A DNA stretch of 64,000 nt from Nitrospirota bacterium (GCA_029261135.1 JAJDBX010000006.1:64123-128122), one strand, 5' to 3'. Shown: positions 11,236-20,793, counted from the first letter of the stretch. Numbers and translations are program-made. Notes: generated by a model from the sequence alone, not told the origin.

Positions 11236-12153
11236 CTATTGTTTTAAGGCATCCGTTAAGGATGCAATCAAGTGATCAAAAAGCTGGAAATAATCACCGA
11301 TTACGGTTCCGCTTGATACCGAGGGCGGAAGGACTAGGACTTCCACCCCAGATTTTTTACCAACAAATCGAGAGACCTTTCCATGAAAGTAAGGTTCAAC
11401 GATGATGATTCTGACGCCTTCAGCCTTGATCCGTTCTATCGTGTGCTCCAAATGAGAAGGAGAGGGTGGAATCCCAGGTTTTGGTTCAAGATAAGCGACG
11501 GCCTCTAGGGAAAACCGTTTGAGAAAATAGATCCAACTATTATGATAGGTGACGACCTTCTCCCCTTTAAAAGGCGCCATCTTTTTCTGCCAGCGGATGA
11601 CAGCGACCTTAAGTTTTTTTGAAAATTGTTTCAGATTCTCTTCATAAGTGTCTTTCCCTTCCGGGTCGATCTGAAGCAGTCCCACAGCAATATTCTTGGC
11701 AATGCGATGTCCATTCATTGGATCGAGCCAGTAGTGTGGATTGCCTTCGCCATGAACATCACCGGCAGAGCGATCAATTTTTTGGGTCGGAATGTCCAAT
11801 AGATCAATGTCCTGAGAGGCGTTGACATAGCCTTTTTCACCGCGTTGAATTTTGGCATTTCGCGCGCCCATCAATAAGGAAGGAACCCAGCCGCTTTCTA
11901 AGCCAAGTCCAATCTGCACAAAAAGATCGGCTCTTGAAAGTTTCAAAATATAGCTCGGTTTGGCATCGATAAAATGCGCGTCTTGAGTCCCGCGCGCAAT
12001 GAAATCTACCTGAACCCGATTCCCGCCGACTGCCCTTGTGATGGCAGCAAGGTCTTCGGTTGTTGTGACAATACGAATTTTCTTTGCCTCAACAGTAAGC
12101 GGCTTTTGAATAAGAACAACCCACATCAGAAGAAAAATGATTTTTTTCATCAT
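11236..12153 (-). CDS. metal ABC transporter substrate-binding protein (ZnuA/TroA cluster-9 type)
   Basis: Signal peptide, then KIRIVTTTEDLAAITRAVGG, DAHFIDAKPS, GEGNPHYWLDP and VTYHNSWIYF. These blocks are typical of ZnuA/MntC-like proteins. Confidence 0.85.
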   Translation of the reverse strand: MMKKIIFLLMWVVLIQKPLTVEAKKIRIVTTTEDLAAITRAVGGNRVQVDFIARGTQDAHFIDAKPSYILKLSRADLFVQIGLGLESGWVPSLLMGARNAKIQRGEKGYVNASQDIDLLDIPTQKIDRSAGDVHGEGNPHYWLDPMNGHRIAKNIAVGLLQIDPEGKDTYEENLKQFSKKLKVAVIRWQKKMAPFKGEKVVTYHNSWIYFLKRFSLEAVAYLEPKPGIPPSPSHLEHTIERIKAEGVRIIIVEPYFHGKVSRFVGKKSGVEVLVLPPSVSSGTVIGDYFQLFDHLIASLTDALKQ

Positions 12154-12161
12154 ATTTCTCC

Positions 12162-13367
12162 TTAAAAAGTGTGGGCGGCATGTGCGCCAATGGTGAATTC
12201 ATATTGAACAAAAACCGCATGAATCGGATCGTTCCTTTCATCGGATCGATCATAATTATACTGAAATCGGATCTTCGAGAATTCAGAAGGATAGAATGTG
12301 AGGTTCGGAGAAACCCGCCATCTGTCTCCAGTTCTTGGATCGCTTGGATCTGTTGCATCGGCCGATCCGAAGCGGATTCCCGTCACCCACTGTCTCTTAA
12401 ACCCATAAAGCGACTGGATGTAAAACCCCTCTGTTTTGAAGGTCTCTCTTGGAAGCAAATTGCTATCCACAAGGGCTGCACCGGCTTGATAAGACCGTTG
12501 TATGGCTTCCCCCTGCAAAATGAGAAAAGGCCAGCCATTATGGGCTAAAGTCGGTTTCCACTTGACAAAAAAATCGATGCCATGGATCTGTGTTCTTGTA
12601 TCAAGCCCTGTGCCGTTGGAACCAAAAAGGTGTGAAGTGCCGATGACCGAAGAGCTTGTTTCACTCAAATCAAAAGAGGCCTCTACGCGTCCCATGTAAA
12701 GCAAGTCATTTCCTTCATCAATCGCCTGCTCCAAAATAGGTCTTCCGGCAAAAGTCTCCTCGCTTGAAGAAAGAAAACTGCTGGCGGTTTCTCCCGTGCT
12801 GTTTTGAACCGATCCAATGAGTTCAAGATAAAAAGGCAGCGGAAGAAGGGCAGAAACCTGCACCCCCAGATTTCTCAAGCCATCCCCCCCAAACATGAGG
12901 GTATTGATGATTGTTTGATCGACAAACTGCCATGCGTGCGGGTGTTGTTTATTCTGCCGACCAAATCGCGTAAAAAACTGTCCGGCCATGACTTGAAAGC
13001 CGTAAGGCAGTCCCGTTGTGGTCATATGAACCTCTTCGATCTCAAGGATCGACTCTCCATCCTCGAATCCAAAGATCAAGTGCCCCTCTGCCCGGAAAAA
13101 GGGGTCAACGGCTCCGGTCAAAGTTAATTCGAGGTTTTGCAGGGTAAATCCTCTTTCGTTTGGATCATGTGCGCCAAACTGAAGATGGTCTGGTTCTGAA
13201 AAATAACCCGCAGCAAAGAGCCCATTCAATGAAATATCAGGATTAAAGCGTTGAGAGGGTCTTGATTGTGCCCAGACAGTCCCCCCGTTCAAGGGGAATA
13301 GAGGAAAGAGCAGTGCTAAAAAAATAACCAAGGATAGTGTAATTCGCACAAGGATTCTTAAGCGCAT
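12162..13367 (-). CDS. putative outer-membrane beta-barrel (porin-like) protein
   Basis: A signal peptide ends at VWAQS. Alternating beta-strand-like sequence follows, and the C-terminus is aromatic (...GAHAAHTF). Confidence 0.55.
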   Translation of the reverse strand: MRLRILVRITLSLVIFLALLFPLFPLNGGTVWAQSRPSQRFNPDISLNGLFAAGYFSEPDHLQFGAHDPNERGFTLQNLELTLTGAVDPFFRAEGHLIFGFEDGESILEIEEVHMTTTGLPYGFQVMAGQFFTRFGRQNKQHPHAWQFVDQTIINTLMFGGDGLRNLGVQVSALLPLPFYLELIGSVQNSTGETASSFLSSSEETFAGRPILEQAIDEGNDLLYMGRVEASFDLSETSSSVIGTSHLFGSNGTGLDTRTQIHGIDFFVKWKPTLAHNGWPFLILQGEAIQRSYQAGAALVDSNLLPRETFKTEGFYIQSLYGFKRQWVTGIRFGSADATDPSDPRTGDRWRVSPNLTFYPSEFSKIRFQYNYDRSDERNDPIHAVFVQYEFTIGAHAAHTF

Positions 13368-13478
13368 TGTATTTACTCCTAGTAAAAATGTAGAAAATCG
13401 AACAACATGGACAGGGCAATACTGACGTTAAGTAAGCACAGTAAGATCCGGTCAAAATTGTTCAGTGATTGATTTAAC

Positions 13479-13832
13479 TTAGGATGTTATGCGCTGGAAG
13501 GGAGGTCCTCTGGGAATATATTGGAAAAAATAGGATGATACGAAGAGATGTATTTGAAAGGTGAACTTTCTTGAAAGAATCGATAAAAAGAGGGCAAGCC
13601 CAGCAAAAAAAGTGAGCGTCGCTTGTCCCTGCTGCACCCAGAGGCCAATTGCACATTCATGTGCATCGAAGATCTCATTTTCTGAATAGGCATGATAGAG
13701 AGAAAAACAAGAGAATAGAAGTAGATATGCAAGGAGAAGCATCGTGAAAAACCGAGTGTAGAATTTCTTATTTGTTAAGAAATGCAGCATCTCAGGGAGG
13801 ATATATCGAAAAATGAAGAGTGTCAAGATCAC
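13479..13832 (-). CDS. hypothetical small membrane protein (weakly supported)
   Basis: 117-aa ORF with a GTG start and 2-3 hydrophobic segments. It is the longest of three overlapping ORFs here, and I recognise no family. Confidence 0.3.
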   Translation of the reverse strand: MILTLFIFRYILPEMLHFLTNKKFYTRFFTMLLLAYLLLFSCFSLYHAYSENEIFDAHECAIGLWVQQGQATLTFFAGLALFLSILSRKFTFQIHLFVSSYFFQYIPRGPPFQRITS

Positions 13833-13960
13833 GGATGCTCGCTGTAAGCGCGTTTAGCCTAATCGTTTGACCTTGAATTTCGGTTCAATAAAACGAACGT
13901 TTCTTTGAACTCCTTTCTTCGACGGCACTCAGATCGAGTTAAGAAAGAACAAGCTTTTAG

Positions 13961-14829
13961 GTGAGCAACACATTCACTATGGTGGTTATGGTGGTAGCGT
14001 ATCACCATATTTCGGGTGAATATATTGCCTTATTCAGCCACTTCATTTCCTGCGGTGTATGGGAAGCTGTCTATATTCCCGATGCACTGTTGTTAAACAA
14101 ATCAGACTATCAACTCGATACCTTACACACCGACACCCATGGTCAGAGCGAGCCCGTTTGGCCCTGGCCCACCTGTTGGGCATGAGGCTTTTTCCTCGCA
14201 TGAGGACTTGGAATGATGTCGCTTTCTATCGGTCAGACAAGAAAGTAAAATACGAACACATTGATTCTCTATTCACGAAAACGGATGATTGGGATCTCGA
14301 GACCCATTGGCAGGACACGCTGGAAGTTATTCGATCAATTCAGGCCGGGAAAGGACTGCCATCCATGCTGTTGTGTAAACTCAATAGCCATAATCGGTGC
14401 AACAAGCTCTATCGCACTTTTAGAAAATTGGGACGAGTCACACGAACGCTATTTTTGCTTCGTTTATATTTCTGAAATAGATTTGTGACAAACGATCCGC
14501 GCTGAGACGACCAAGGTTGAAGCATATAATGACTTTCTGGATAGGATTTCTTTGGTGGCCAGATAATTAAAAGTGGTGACCCTGTTGAGCAGACAAAGCA
14601 AATCAAGTACAGCAATTTAGTCGCCAACTCAGTCATGTTACAAAATGTTGTGGATCTAACTGATGTATTGACCGAAATGGCCTCAGAGGGATATCCGATC
14701 ACCAAAGAACTCGTGGCTTGCCTCAGCCCTTACATCAGAGATCAAATCCAAAGATTCGGACGATATGATGTCGATATGGACAATGATCCGCCTCACTTAG
14801 ACCCTAAATCGGTGCCGCTCAGCACCTGA
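13961..14829 (+). pseudogene. Tn3-family transposase, C-terminal ~290 codons, spread over several frames
   Basis: Blocks VAYHHISGEYIALFSHFISCGVWEAVYI, LHTDTHGQSEPVW, LLGMRLFPRMRTWNDVAFYR, NKLYRTFRKLGRVTRTLFLLR, IKYSNLVANSVMLQNVVDLT and LSPYIRDQIQRFGRY. These are conserved DDE_Tnp_Tn3 C-terminal blocks, interrupted by frameshifts and stops. Confidence 0.9.
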
Positions 14830-14835
14830 ATTTGA

Positions 14836-14873
14836 GATGTGACTACTTTTTAGACGTATTACGTACAGACCCC
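14836..14873. repeat. right terminal IR of the Tn3-family element
   Basis: The reverse complement is GGGGTCTGTACGTAATACGTCTAAAAAGTAGTCACATC. Confidence 0.85.
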
Positions 14874-14928
14874 AAAATGAAAGCTTAAACGAGTGATGGG
14901 GCATTCGAAAAACAGTAGGATCTATTAA

Positions 14929-15669
14929 TTAGGCATTTGAAGCAGGGAAGAGTGCCTGTGCTTTGCGTAAATCTTCTGGGGTATCGACGGAAAGGCTTTG
15001 AACGTTTTCCACAACGGTCACGCCAATTTTGATGCCGTGTTCTAGTGCACGTAACTGTTCAAGTCGCTCTGTTTTTTCCAGAATGGTTTGCGGCAATGCG
15101 GAGAGGCGTAGTACCGTTTCACGGGTATAGATGTACACCCCAATTTGAATCAATGCGCGTTCAGGCAAGGCGGCAGACTGTGTGACTGGAATACAATTCC
15201 TAGAAAAATAGAGCGCGTTTCCGTTGAGATCGCACACAAGTTTCGCGGTGCTGGGGTCTTCGAGGGTTTCTGAGTCATGCACCCAGTGGGCCAGCGTCCC
15301 CATTTGTCTTTCGGAGGCACTGATAAAACCTTCAACAAGCGCATCGACATGGCCGGCATCCAGCAAGACTTCATCTCCCTGGATATTTACGAAGACCTCC
15401 CCGTCTTCTGAAGCTTGCACATAATCCGCGATGCGTTCCGTGCCATTTGCACAAACCGATGAAGTCATCGCAACGGAATGCCCTGCATCCTCGACGACTT
15501 TAAAAATACGCTCATCATCGGTGAGCACCACCACATCATCAAGCCGTTTGGCATTTCTGGCCCGTTCAAGTACATGCAAAACCATAGGCATGCCACCGAT
15601 CTTGCAGAGCGGTTTTCCAGGCAAACGCATAGAGGCATAACGACAGGGAATGCAGCCAATCACTTTCAT
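14929..15669 (-). CDS. kdsB: 3-deoxy-manno-octulosonate cytidylyltransferase (CMP-KDO synthetase)
   Basis: MKVIGCIPCRYASMRLPGKPL..., then NIQGDE. Length is 246 aa, and it lies in the KDO gene context. Confidence 0.9.
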   Translation of the reverse strand: MKVIGCIPCRYASMRLPGKPLCKIGGMPMVLHVLERARNAKRLDDVVVLTDDERIFKVVEDAGHSVAMTSSVCANGTERIADYVQASEDGEVFVNIQGDEVLLDAGHVDALVEGFISASERQMGTLAHWVHDSETLEDPSTAKLVCDLNGNALYFSRNCIPVTQSAALPERALIQIGVYIYTRETVLRLSALPQTILEKTERLEQLRALEHGIKIGVTVVENVQSLSVDTPEDLRKAQALFPASNA

Positions 15670-15679
15670 CGCTTGTCTT

Positions 15680-16321
15680 TTAAGTGAATTTTTTCGCGTC
15701 TTCTAGAAATTTGGCGATGCCCATATCGGTCAAAGGATGTTTTTCCATCTGTGTCAACACTTTGCCAGGTATCGTAAATACATCTGCACCAAGTAATGCA
15801 GAATCAACCACATGGAGTGGCGAACGGATCGATGCCACGACAATCTTGGTTTCAATCTCATAATTGTCGTAGATCGTCACAATGTCTTCGATCAAATTTG
15901 TGCCTGTTTCAGAGATATCATCCAAACGACCCACAAAAGGACACACATTGGTCGCCCCTGCTTTCGCCGCCAAAATGGCCTGACTCGCAGAAAAAATCAG
16001 GGTCAGATTGGTATCGATGCCTTCATCGTAAAATCGCTTGGTGGCTTTTAAACCCTCGTGGCACATGGGGATTTTCACCACAATGTTGTTTGAAATCTTT
16101 GAAAGTTCAAGTCCTTCTTTAAATATTCCTTCTTCTTCTAAAGACAAGACCTCCGCATGCACCGGCCCTTCCACAATGGCACAAATGTCTTTAATGGCCT
16201 GTAGCATCGATTTTCCGGTCTTTGCAATCAGGGTCGGATTCGTAGTGACCCCGTCACAGAGGCCCAATGCCTTTGCCGCCTCAATTTCTGAAATATCTGC
16301 ACTATCTACGTATATTTTCAT
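15680..16321 (-). CDS. short-form transaldolase / fructose-6-phosphate aldolase family protein
   Basis: [34 protein letters not shown] and [12 protein letters not shown], in 213 aa. This is typical of the Tal/FSA subfamily. Confidence 0.88.
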   Translation of the reverse strand: MKIYVDSADISEIEAAKALGLCDGVTTNPTLIAKTGKSMLQAIKDICAIVEGPVHAEVLSLEEEGIFKEGLELSKISNNIVVKIPMCHEGLKATKRFYDEGIDTNLTLIFSASQAILAAKAGATNVCPFVGRLDDISETGTNLIEDIVTIYDNYEIETKIVVASIRSPLHVVDSALLGADVFTIPGKVLTQMEKHPLTDMGIAKFLEDAKKFT

Positions 16322-16887
16322 TCTTTTGCTCCAATAAAATAATCCTGACTTTCTTTGAGTTTCCCTTGCGCATTGAGACAGACATCAATCATTTCTCTAA
16401 CTGCACCCTGACCTCCGCCTTTTTCACTGACCCAGTCTGCTTCTGCTTTGACGCGTGGCAGCGCATTATTCGGGGCGATGAAGAGTCCGACCTGGGGTTT
16501 ACACACCAGGTCCAAGATATCATCGCCCATGTAAAGCACTTGATTAGATTGAAGTCCCGCGGTTTTTATAATGCCCAAAAGCGCGTCTTTTTTATAAAAA
16601 TGGCCGCTTTCGTAGTAATCAAAGTCCAGCTCTTCCACGCGTCTGGCCACGGGATCTGACACACGTCCTGTGAGTACCGCAAACTTTAATCCGGCTTGCC
16701 GCGCCATCGTAATGCCGAAGCCGTCCTGTACATTGAAGGCTTTAATTTCCAGGTCTGCCCCGCCATAAATAATGGAGCCATCCGTCAGCACCCCATCTAC
16801 ATCTAACACAATCAAGTGGATCGCTTTAAATTTTTCCTGTAATTGTGAATCAATGAGGGAAAGTTCTTGAGGCGCGTCTGCTTGCAA
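16318..16887 (-). CDS. kdsC: KDO 8-phosphate phosphatase (HAD-IIIA)
   Basis: [30 protein letters not shown]. The ORF extends to 16995, but that part overlaps kdsA. No internal ATG exists, so a TTG start near 16887 is my guess. Confidence 0.8.
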   Translation of the reverse strand: MQADAPQELSLIDSQLQEKFKAIHLIVLDVDGVLTDGSIIYGGADLEIKAFNVQDGFGITMARQAGLKFAVLTGRVSDPVARRVEELDFDYYESGHFYKKDALLGIIKTAGLQSNQVLYMGDDILDLVCKPQVGLFIAPNNALPRVKAEADWVSEKGGGQGAVREMIDVCLNAQGKLKESQDYFIGAKE

Positions 16888-16895
16888 GGCAGAGC

Positions 16896-17729
16896 CTAGT
16901 TGATGTCCCAGCTTTGAATCAGCTGATGAATGCCAACCGCTTCTTTCACCAGGTTTTCCATTTGATCTAGCGGCATTACCGATGCGGCGTCGCACAGGGC
17001 TTCCGCAGGCACGGGATGGGTTTCGACAAAGAGGCCGTGCGATCCGGCGGCAATGCCCGCCCGGGTGAGTGTCGGAATAAATTGTGGTTCGCCGCCGCGC
17101 GGATCTTTTGAGCTGATCCCGTAAATCCGAACGAGATGGCCCGCATCAAAGATCACAGGGTAACCCAGATCGCTCATGATCGGCACAGCACGAATATCGG
17201 CCACCAAGCGGTTATAACCAAAAGAAGAGCCACGTTCACATAATAAAATATTATGGTTGCCAACAGAAGTGAGCTTGTCGATGGCCGAGGACATGTTTTC
17301 AGGCGCTAAAAACTGTCCCTTTTTCACATTTACAACACGCCCTGTTTCACCCGCCGCAAGCAGCAAGGAGGTTTGCTGGCAGAGATAGGCTGGAATTTGA
17401 AGGATATCGAGTACCTCTGCTGCAACAGCACAGTCGGCTTCCCGATGGATATCACTGACCAAGGGCACATTGAAAGCCTTGCCAATTGACTGCAAGGCTT
17501 TCAGCCCTGCATCTATCCCCAGGCCGCGATCATTGTCGGCAGCGCCCCGATTGTCTTTTTCATACGAAGACTTAAAGACATAATTGAAGTCGTATTTTTC
17601 CGCGAGTTTGAGCATGTGTTCTGCCACATACTTCCCCAAGTCTTCATTTTCGAGTAGGCAGGGGCCTGCAATGATACAGAGTTTCTCACCCTTTCCCACA
17701 TGAAAATCCTTTATTTTAACGTTTTGCAT
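16896..17729 (-). CDS. kdsA: 2-dehydro-3-deoxyphosphooctonate aldolase (KDO8P synthase)
   Basis: 277 aa with blocks VIAGPC.LE, FKSSYEKDNR and FDAGH. Confidence 0.92.
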   Translation of the reverse strand: MQNVKIKDFHVGKGEKLCIIAGPCLLENEDLGKYVAEHMLKLAEKYDFNYVFKSSYEKDNRGAADNDRGLGIDAGLKALQSIGKAFNVPLVSDIHREADCAVAAEVLDILQIPAYLCQQTSLLLAAGETGRVVNVKKGQFLAPENMSSAIDKLTSVGNHNILLCERGSSFGYNRLVADIRAVPIMSDLGYPVIFDAGHLVRIYGISSKDPRGGEPQFIPTLTRAGIAAGSHGLFVETHPVPAEALCDAASVMPLDQMENLVKEAVGIHQLIQSWDIN

Positions 17730-17809
17730 TTATGCCTCTGGGCTTGTTCTTTAACAGTTATAGAAGTAATTCTACGGAGGGGGACGAATGGAGTCAAATG
17801 AAAACCCTC

Positions 17810-18535
17810 TTACAAATCGAATCCCATTTCATGGGCTCGAAGCCAGTCTCGCCGTTCTTTGTAATCAGGAAGGGCTTTTTCGACGACTTTCCAGAAACGG
17901 CTGGAATGATTCATCTCTTTCAAGTGTGCCAATTCATGCACCACAATATAATCAAGTACTTTCCCGGGGAGCATCAGACATTTCCAATGAAAATTCAAGT
18001 TGCCTAAAGACGAACAAGAAGCCCAGCGGGTTTTTGTTTCAACCATGCGAATTCGTTTCACTTCCACTCCCGCCTTTTTCTTAAAAAAGGTCACCCGCTC
18101 CCCAATTCGCTTGATTCCTTTTTCTTGGTAAAACAGTTTGAAGGCATCACTGGCTTTAGGCGTATCGCGTTGATCCGACCTCAAACAAAAAGATCCTGCC
18201 TTCAACAGTAAGGGAGCACTCTGATTTTTGACAATTTTCAAGGGATAGGATTTACCGAGATAAGGAAAGGGTTCCCCGTTAAGATAAACCTGGTTCTTCC
18301 TGCGCGCATTGACCTCACGCCACTCAAGGAGATGACGGGTAATCCAAGATCGTTTCTTTTCGATAATGCCTTCAACCTGTTTAATCGATGTTCGCAAGGG
18401 CGCGCGAAAAGTGACCTGACCGTCCCGCTCAATTTGGATACAAAATGTTTTTCGCTTGCTACGAATCAGGATGTAGCGGATATTTTTGTATCTGCGTTTC
18501 ATCAAATTTTCTTTAAGTAAAATACTTGTCTTCAT
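17810..18535 (-). CDS. YgjP-like M48-type metal-dependent hydrolase (DUF45)
   Basis: IRYILIRSKRKTFCIQIERDGQVTFRAP is followed by the zinc motif VVHELAHLKEMNHSSRFW. Confidence 0.8.
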   Translation of the reverse strand: MKTSILLKENLMKRRYKNIRYILIRSKRKTFCIQIERDGQVTFRAPLRTSIKQVEGIIEKKRSWITRHLLEWREVNARRKNQVYLNGEPFPYLGKSYPLKIVKNQSAPLLLKAGSFCLRSDQRDTPKASDAFKLFYQEKGIKRIGERVTFFKKKAGVEVKRIRMVETKTRWASCSSLGNLNFHWKCLMLPGKVLDYIVVHELAHLKEMNHSSRFWKVVEKALPDYKERRDWLRAHEMGFDL

Positions 18536-19025
18536 CGTAAAGGGATTCTCTTGATCGAAGGGTCTTCTTGGGCTGATATTCTAGTGAAATTTTTAAGTTC
18601 TGCCAAGTGAAATCGTACTTGTTATTATAATTCTTGAGATTTTATATGCTTTTAGGAAGTTAGAGCAGTTTGTGGCAATAGAAGGTTTTTATGACTTTTA
18701 TAAATGTGAGCATGTTTGTGTTTTAAACCTCGCAATATCGATCCAATTGAACTGATGGCACATCAGCTTGGGTTCGCTTTTCGATCCAAGTGGCCGGCTT
18801 GGGCTCTTCTTATTTTGGAATGATAACTATATTTTTTTAAAGTGACTACTTGAAGTTTGTAGTACTTTTATTGGCTTGCCCCATTTAGACAGTTTTACTT
18901 CGTTCGGGGTATAGACGACACTCTCTTGTGAGTTCAGACTATTTCAGGATGACTCCTTTTGACCTCTTAAAAGAACGATCGGTCTGGTTTCAGGGAGACT
19001 GAACCTTTTATAGCCCAGGGTTTGC

Positions 19026-19691
19026 GTGCAAACATCATATTCTATTAAAGGAAACAATCTGCCGGGAATAAAACAGCTTGCTTGGGTTGTTTGTATTCTT
19101 GGTCTGGTGATCATTGCACGCATATTTTATGTCAACAGTACATTATTTAAAAGTTGGACCCCTTATTTAAGTGCCAATCAAGATTTATCTTTTTTACTGA
19201 TCATGGCCAGTATTTATATGCTTTTCTTGAGTATCCCTTTTCTCCCTGGTATTGAGCTCGGATTATTATTGATGTTTCTTGTTGGCACGAAAATGATCAT
19301 CATCGTCTATTTTTTCACTGTACTGGGCCTCACCTTATCGTTTTTATTGGGACGCTGTCTCCCCTTGCAAGGAGTACAATTTTTATTCAGAAAACAGGAT
19401 CTCTCTTTAATGAAATATCAAAAGATGCCAAATCTTATCAACACACAAACTGAAAAATTATTAGGAAAAAGATTCACAAATTACATCAAAAAATATCCTT
19501 GCATGGTTGTGGCACTCCTCCTGAACCTTCCAGGGAATTTTATTTTAGGAGGTGGAGGCGGGATCGCCCTTCTTAGCGGCTTAAACCCGAGTGTCTCATT
19601 GAAGCACTTTGTTATTACCGTCGCCCTTGCCACACTCCCTTTCCCTTTATTGGTCCTCCTGGGTTTTATTCAGCTAGAACATTTTTTATAA
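19026..19691 (+). CDS. hypothetical polytopic membrane protein
   Basis: 221-aa ORF with a GTG start, about 5 hydrophobic helices and a GGGGG loop. I recognise no family. Confidence 0.45.
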   Translation: MQTSYSIKGNNLPGIKQLAWVVCILGLVIIARIFYVNSTLFKSWTPYLSANQDLSFLLIMASIYMLFLSIPFLPGIELGLLLMFLVGTKMIIIVYFFTVLGLTLSFLLGRCLPLQGVQFLFRKQDLSLMKYQKMPNLINTQTEKLLGKRFTNYIKKYPCMVVALLLNLPGNFILGGGGGIALLSGLNPSVSLKHFVITVALATLPFPLLVLLGFIQLEHFL

Positions 19692-19990
19692 TGGTGATGC
19701 GAAGGCATAAAAAATGTCAAAGAAAATGACATTAATGCTCTCCTTTCAAAAAGATCAATCCTAGTGTTGTGTTTTTTAGAGAACCATTGCTGTTGATATC
19801 CTCTATCTATTTTCAATCATTTATGTTTTTATAGGAAAATTATCAATAGATAACAGATTGAGTCCGCAAGAAAACAGATAGAAAACTTTAGGAATAGGAA
19901 CTAATCTATCTTCTCGCGGGGTCAACTGATCAATCCTATATAAAAAGTAGAGCATCTGGAGAGCCTTACCCAACTCAGAGGAGGAAGGAA

Positions 19991-20611
19991 ATGAAGACAA
20001 AAAATATGAATATGAAGATCCCTATCCTTAAATGGAATGGATCTCTGAGGCCTAATCCATTTAAAACGGCGATGACTGTATTTTTTGCAGCATTCATGCT
20101 CTTGTCTCCTTTTTCGGAAGCAATGGCCGAAGTCGCATTGCTCATCGATGATACGGGCCAACTAACCGGCGCCACCGGTGTTATCGTTGGCGATAAAACC
20201 TTTGACGTGTCATTTGCAGTTGGGAAGTGCAGCGAACTCTTTTCTGGTTGTGCCGAAGCCGGGAATTTTATCTTCAATTCTTTTGAAGATGCAAAGATGG
20301 CGTCTGCCGCCTTGGAAGCAACGGTCATTTTAGATAGTGAGCAAGGCAACTTTGATTCGATTCCCTCAATGGTGAGAGGATGTACGGGTAAAATTACCGC
20401 CTGTTCCATTATGACCCCTTTTGGTTTCTCCAAAGTTACTCCTGCTGAGATCAGCGACGTCAGTTTCGTGAATGTACCACGGAGAATAGATATTGGTCCC
20501 TTCTCGGGGGCAAGCGATTCAGTCGCCATCGGCCAGACAAAAAATAATAAGGTCGTGCCGCTGATCAGCGTATGGGCTGTATGGTCGACTCCGAAGCCTG
20601 TATCACCCTGA
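19991..20611 (+). CDS. secreted protein of a PEP-CTERM-like family; the sorting signal appears detached by a frameshift
   Basis: Strong SD GGAGGAAGG. The signal peptide ends at EAMA|EV. Contains the block FDVSFAVGKCSELFSGCAEAGNFIFNSFEDAKMASAAL and ends VWAVWSTPKPVSP*. Confidence 0.6.
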   Translation: MKTKNMNMKIPILKWNGSLRPNPFKTAMTVFFAAFMLLSPFSEAMAEVALLIDDTGQLTGATGVIVGDKTFDVSFAVGKCSELFSGCAEAGNFIFNSFEDAKMASAALEATVILDSEQGNFDSIPSMVRGCTGKITACSIMTPFGFSKVTPAEISDVSFVNVPRRIDIGPFSGASDSVAIGQTKNNKVVPLISVWAVWSTPKPVSP

Positions 20612-20752
20612 TGCGGACAGGGGCAATTGGCTTCTTTGTATTCTTAAGGTTTCCTAAGCACAAAACCTCAGGATAGGAAGCTCTTTTTCAATGCAGCGTT
20701 GAGTTCTACTCAGTCCCGACGCGGAGTTCAAGCATCAGAATAGTGAAGAAAA

Positions 20753-20784
20753 CCCACTTCTTATCTCTCGATTCATGAAGTGGG
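20753..20784 (-). terminator. possible intrinsic terminator of the cytochrome c gene
   Basis: 8-bp stem CCCACTTC/GAAGTGGG with a 16-nt loop, starting 10 nt after the stop. On the minus-strand transcript it is followed by UUUUCUUC. The large loop makes it mediocre. Confidence 0.4.
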
Positions 20785-20793
20785 GGATCCCTC

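Larger units (their letters stand above)
10277..14873 (+). mobile_element. Tn3-family transposon derivative (non-autonomous): 38-bp IRs, 5-bp AAAAT TSD, truncated and frameshifted tnpA, metal-uptake cargo
   Basis: IR-L 10277-10314 matches the reverse complement of IR-R 14836-14873 at 33/38 positions (hand count), and both begin GGGG. AAAAT lies at 10272-10276 and at 14874-14878. A TnpA C-terminal remnant sits inside the right end. Confidence 0.85.

Noticed and set aside
13368-13480. Zur/Fur box upstream of the OMP-znuA-znuB genes (AAAATGTAGAAAATCGAACAACATGG)
   Set aside because: It offers only a weak ATGT...ACAT dyad, and I could not match a recognised Zur or Fur consensus convincingly.
16888-16995. 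N-terminal 36 codons of ORF 16318..16995 as part of KdsC
   Set aside because: They overlap the 3' end of kdsA in another frame and are Arg/Gly/Ser-rich with no HAD similarity. The true start is probably a non-ATG codon near 16887.
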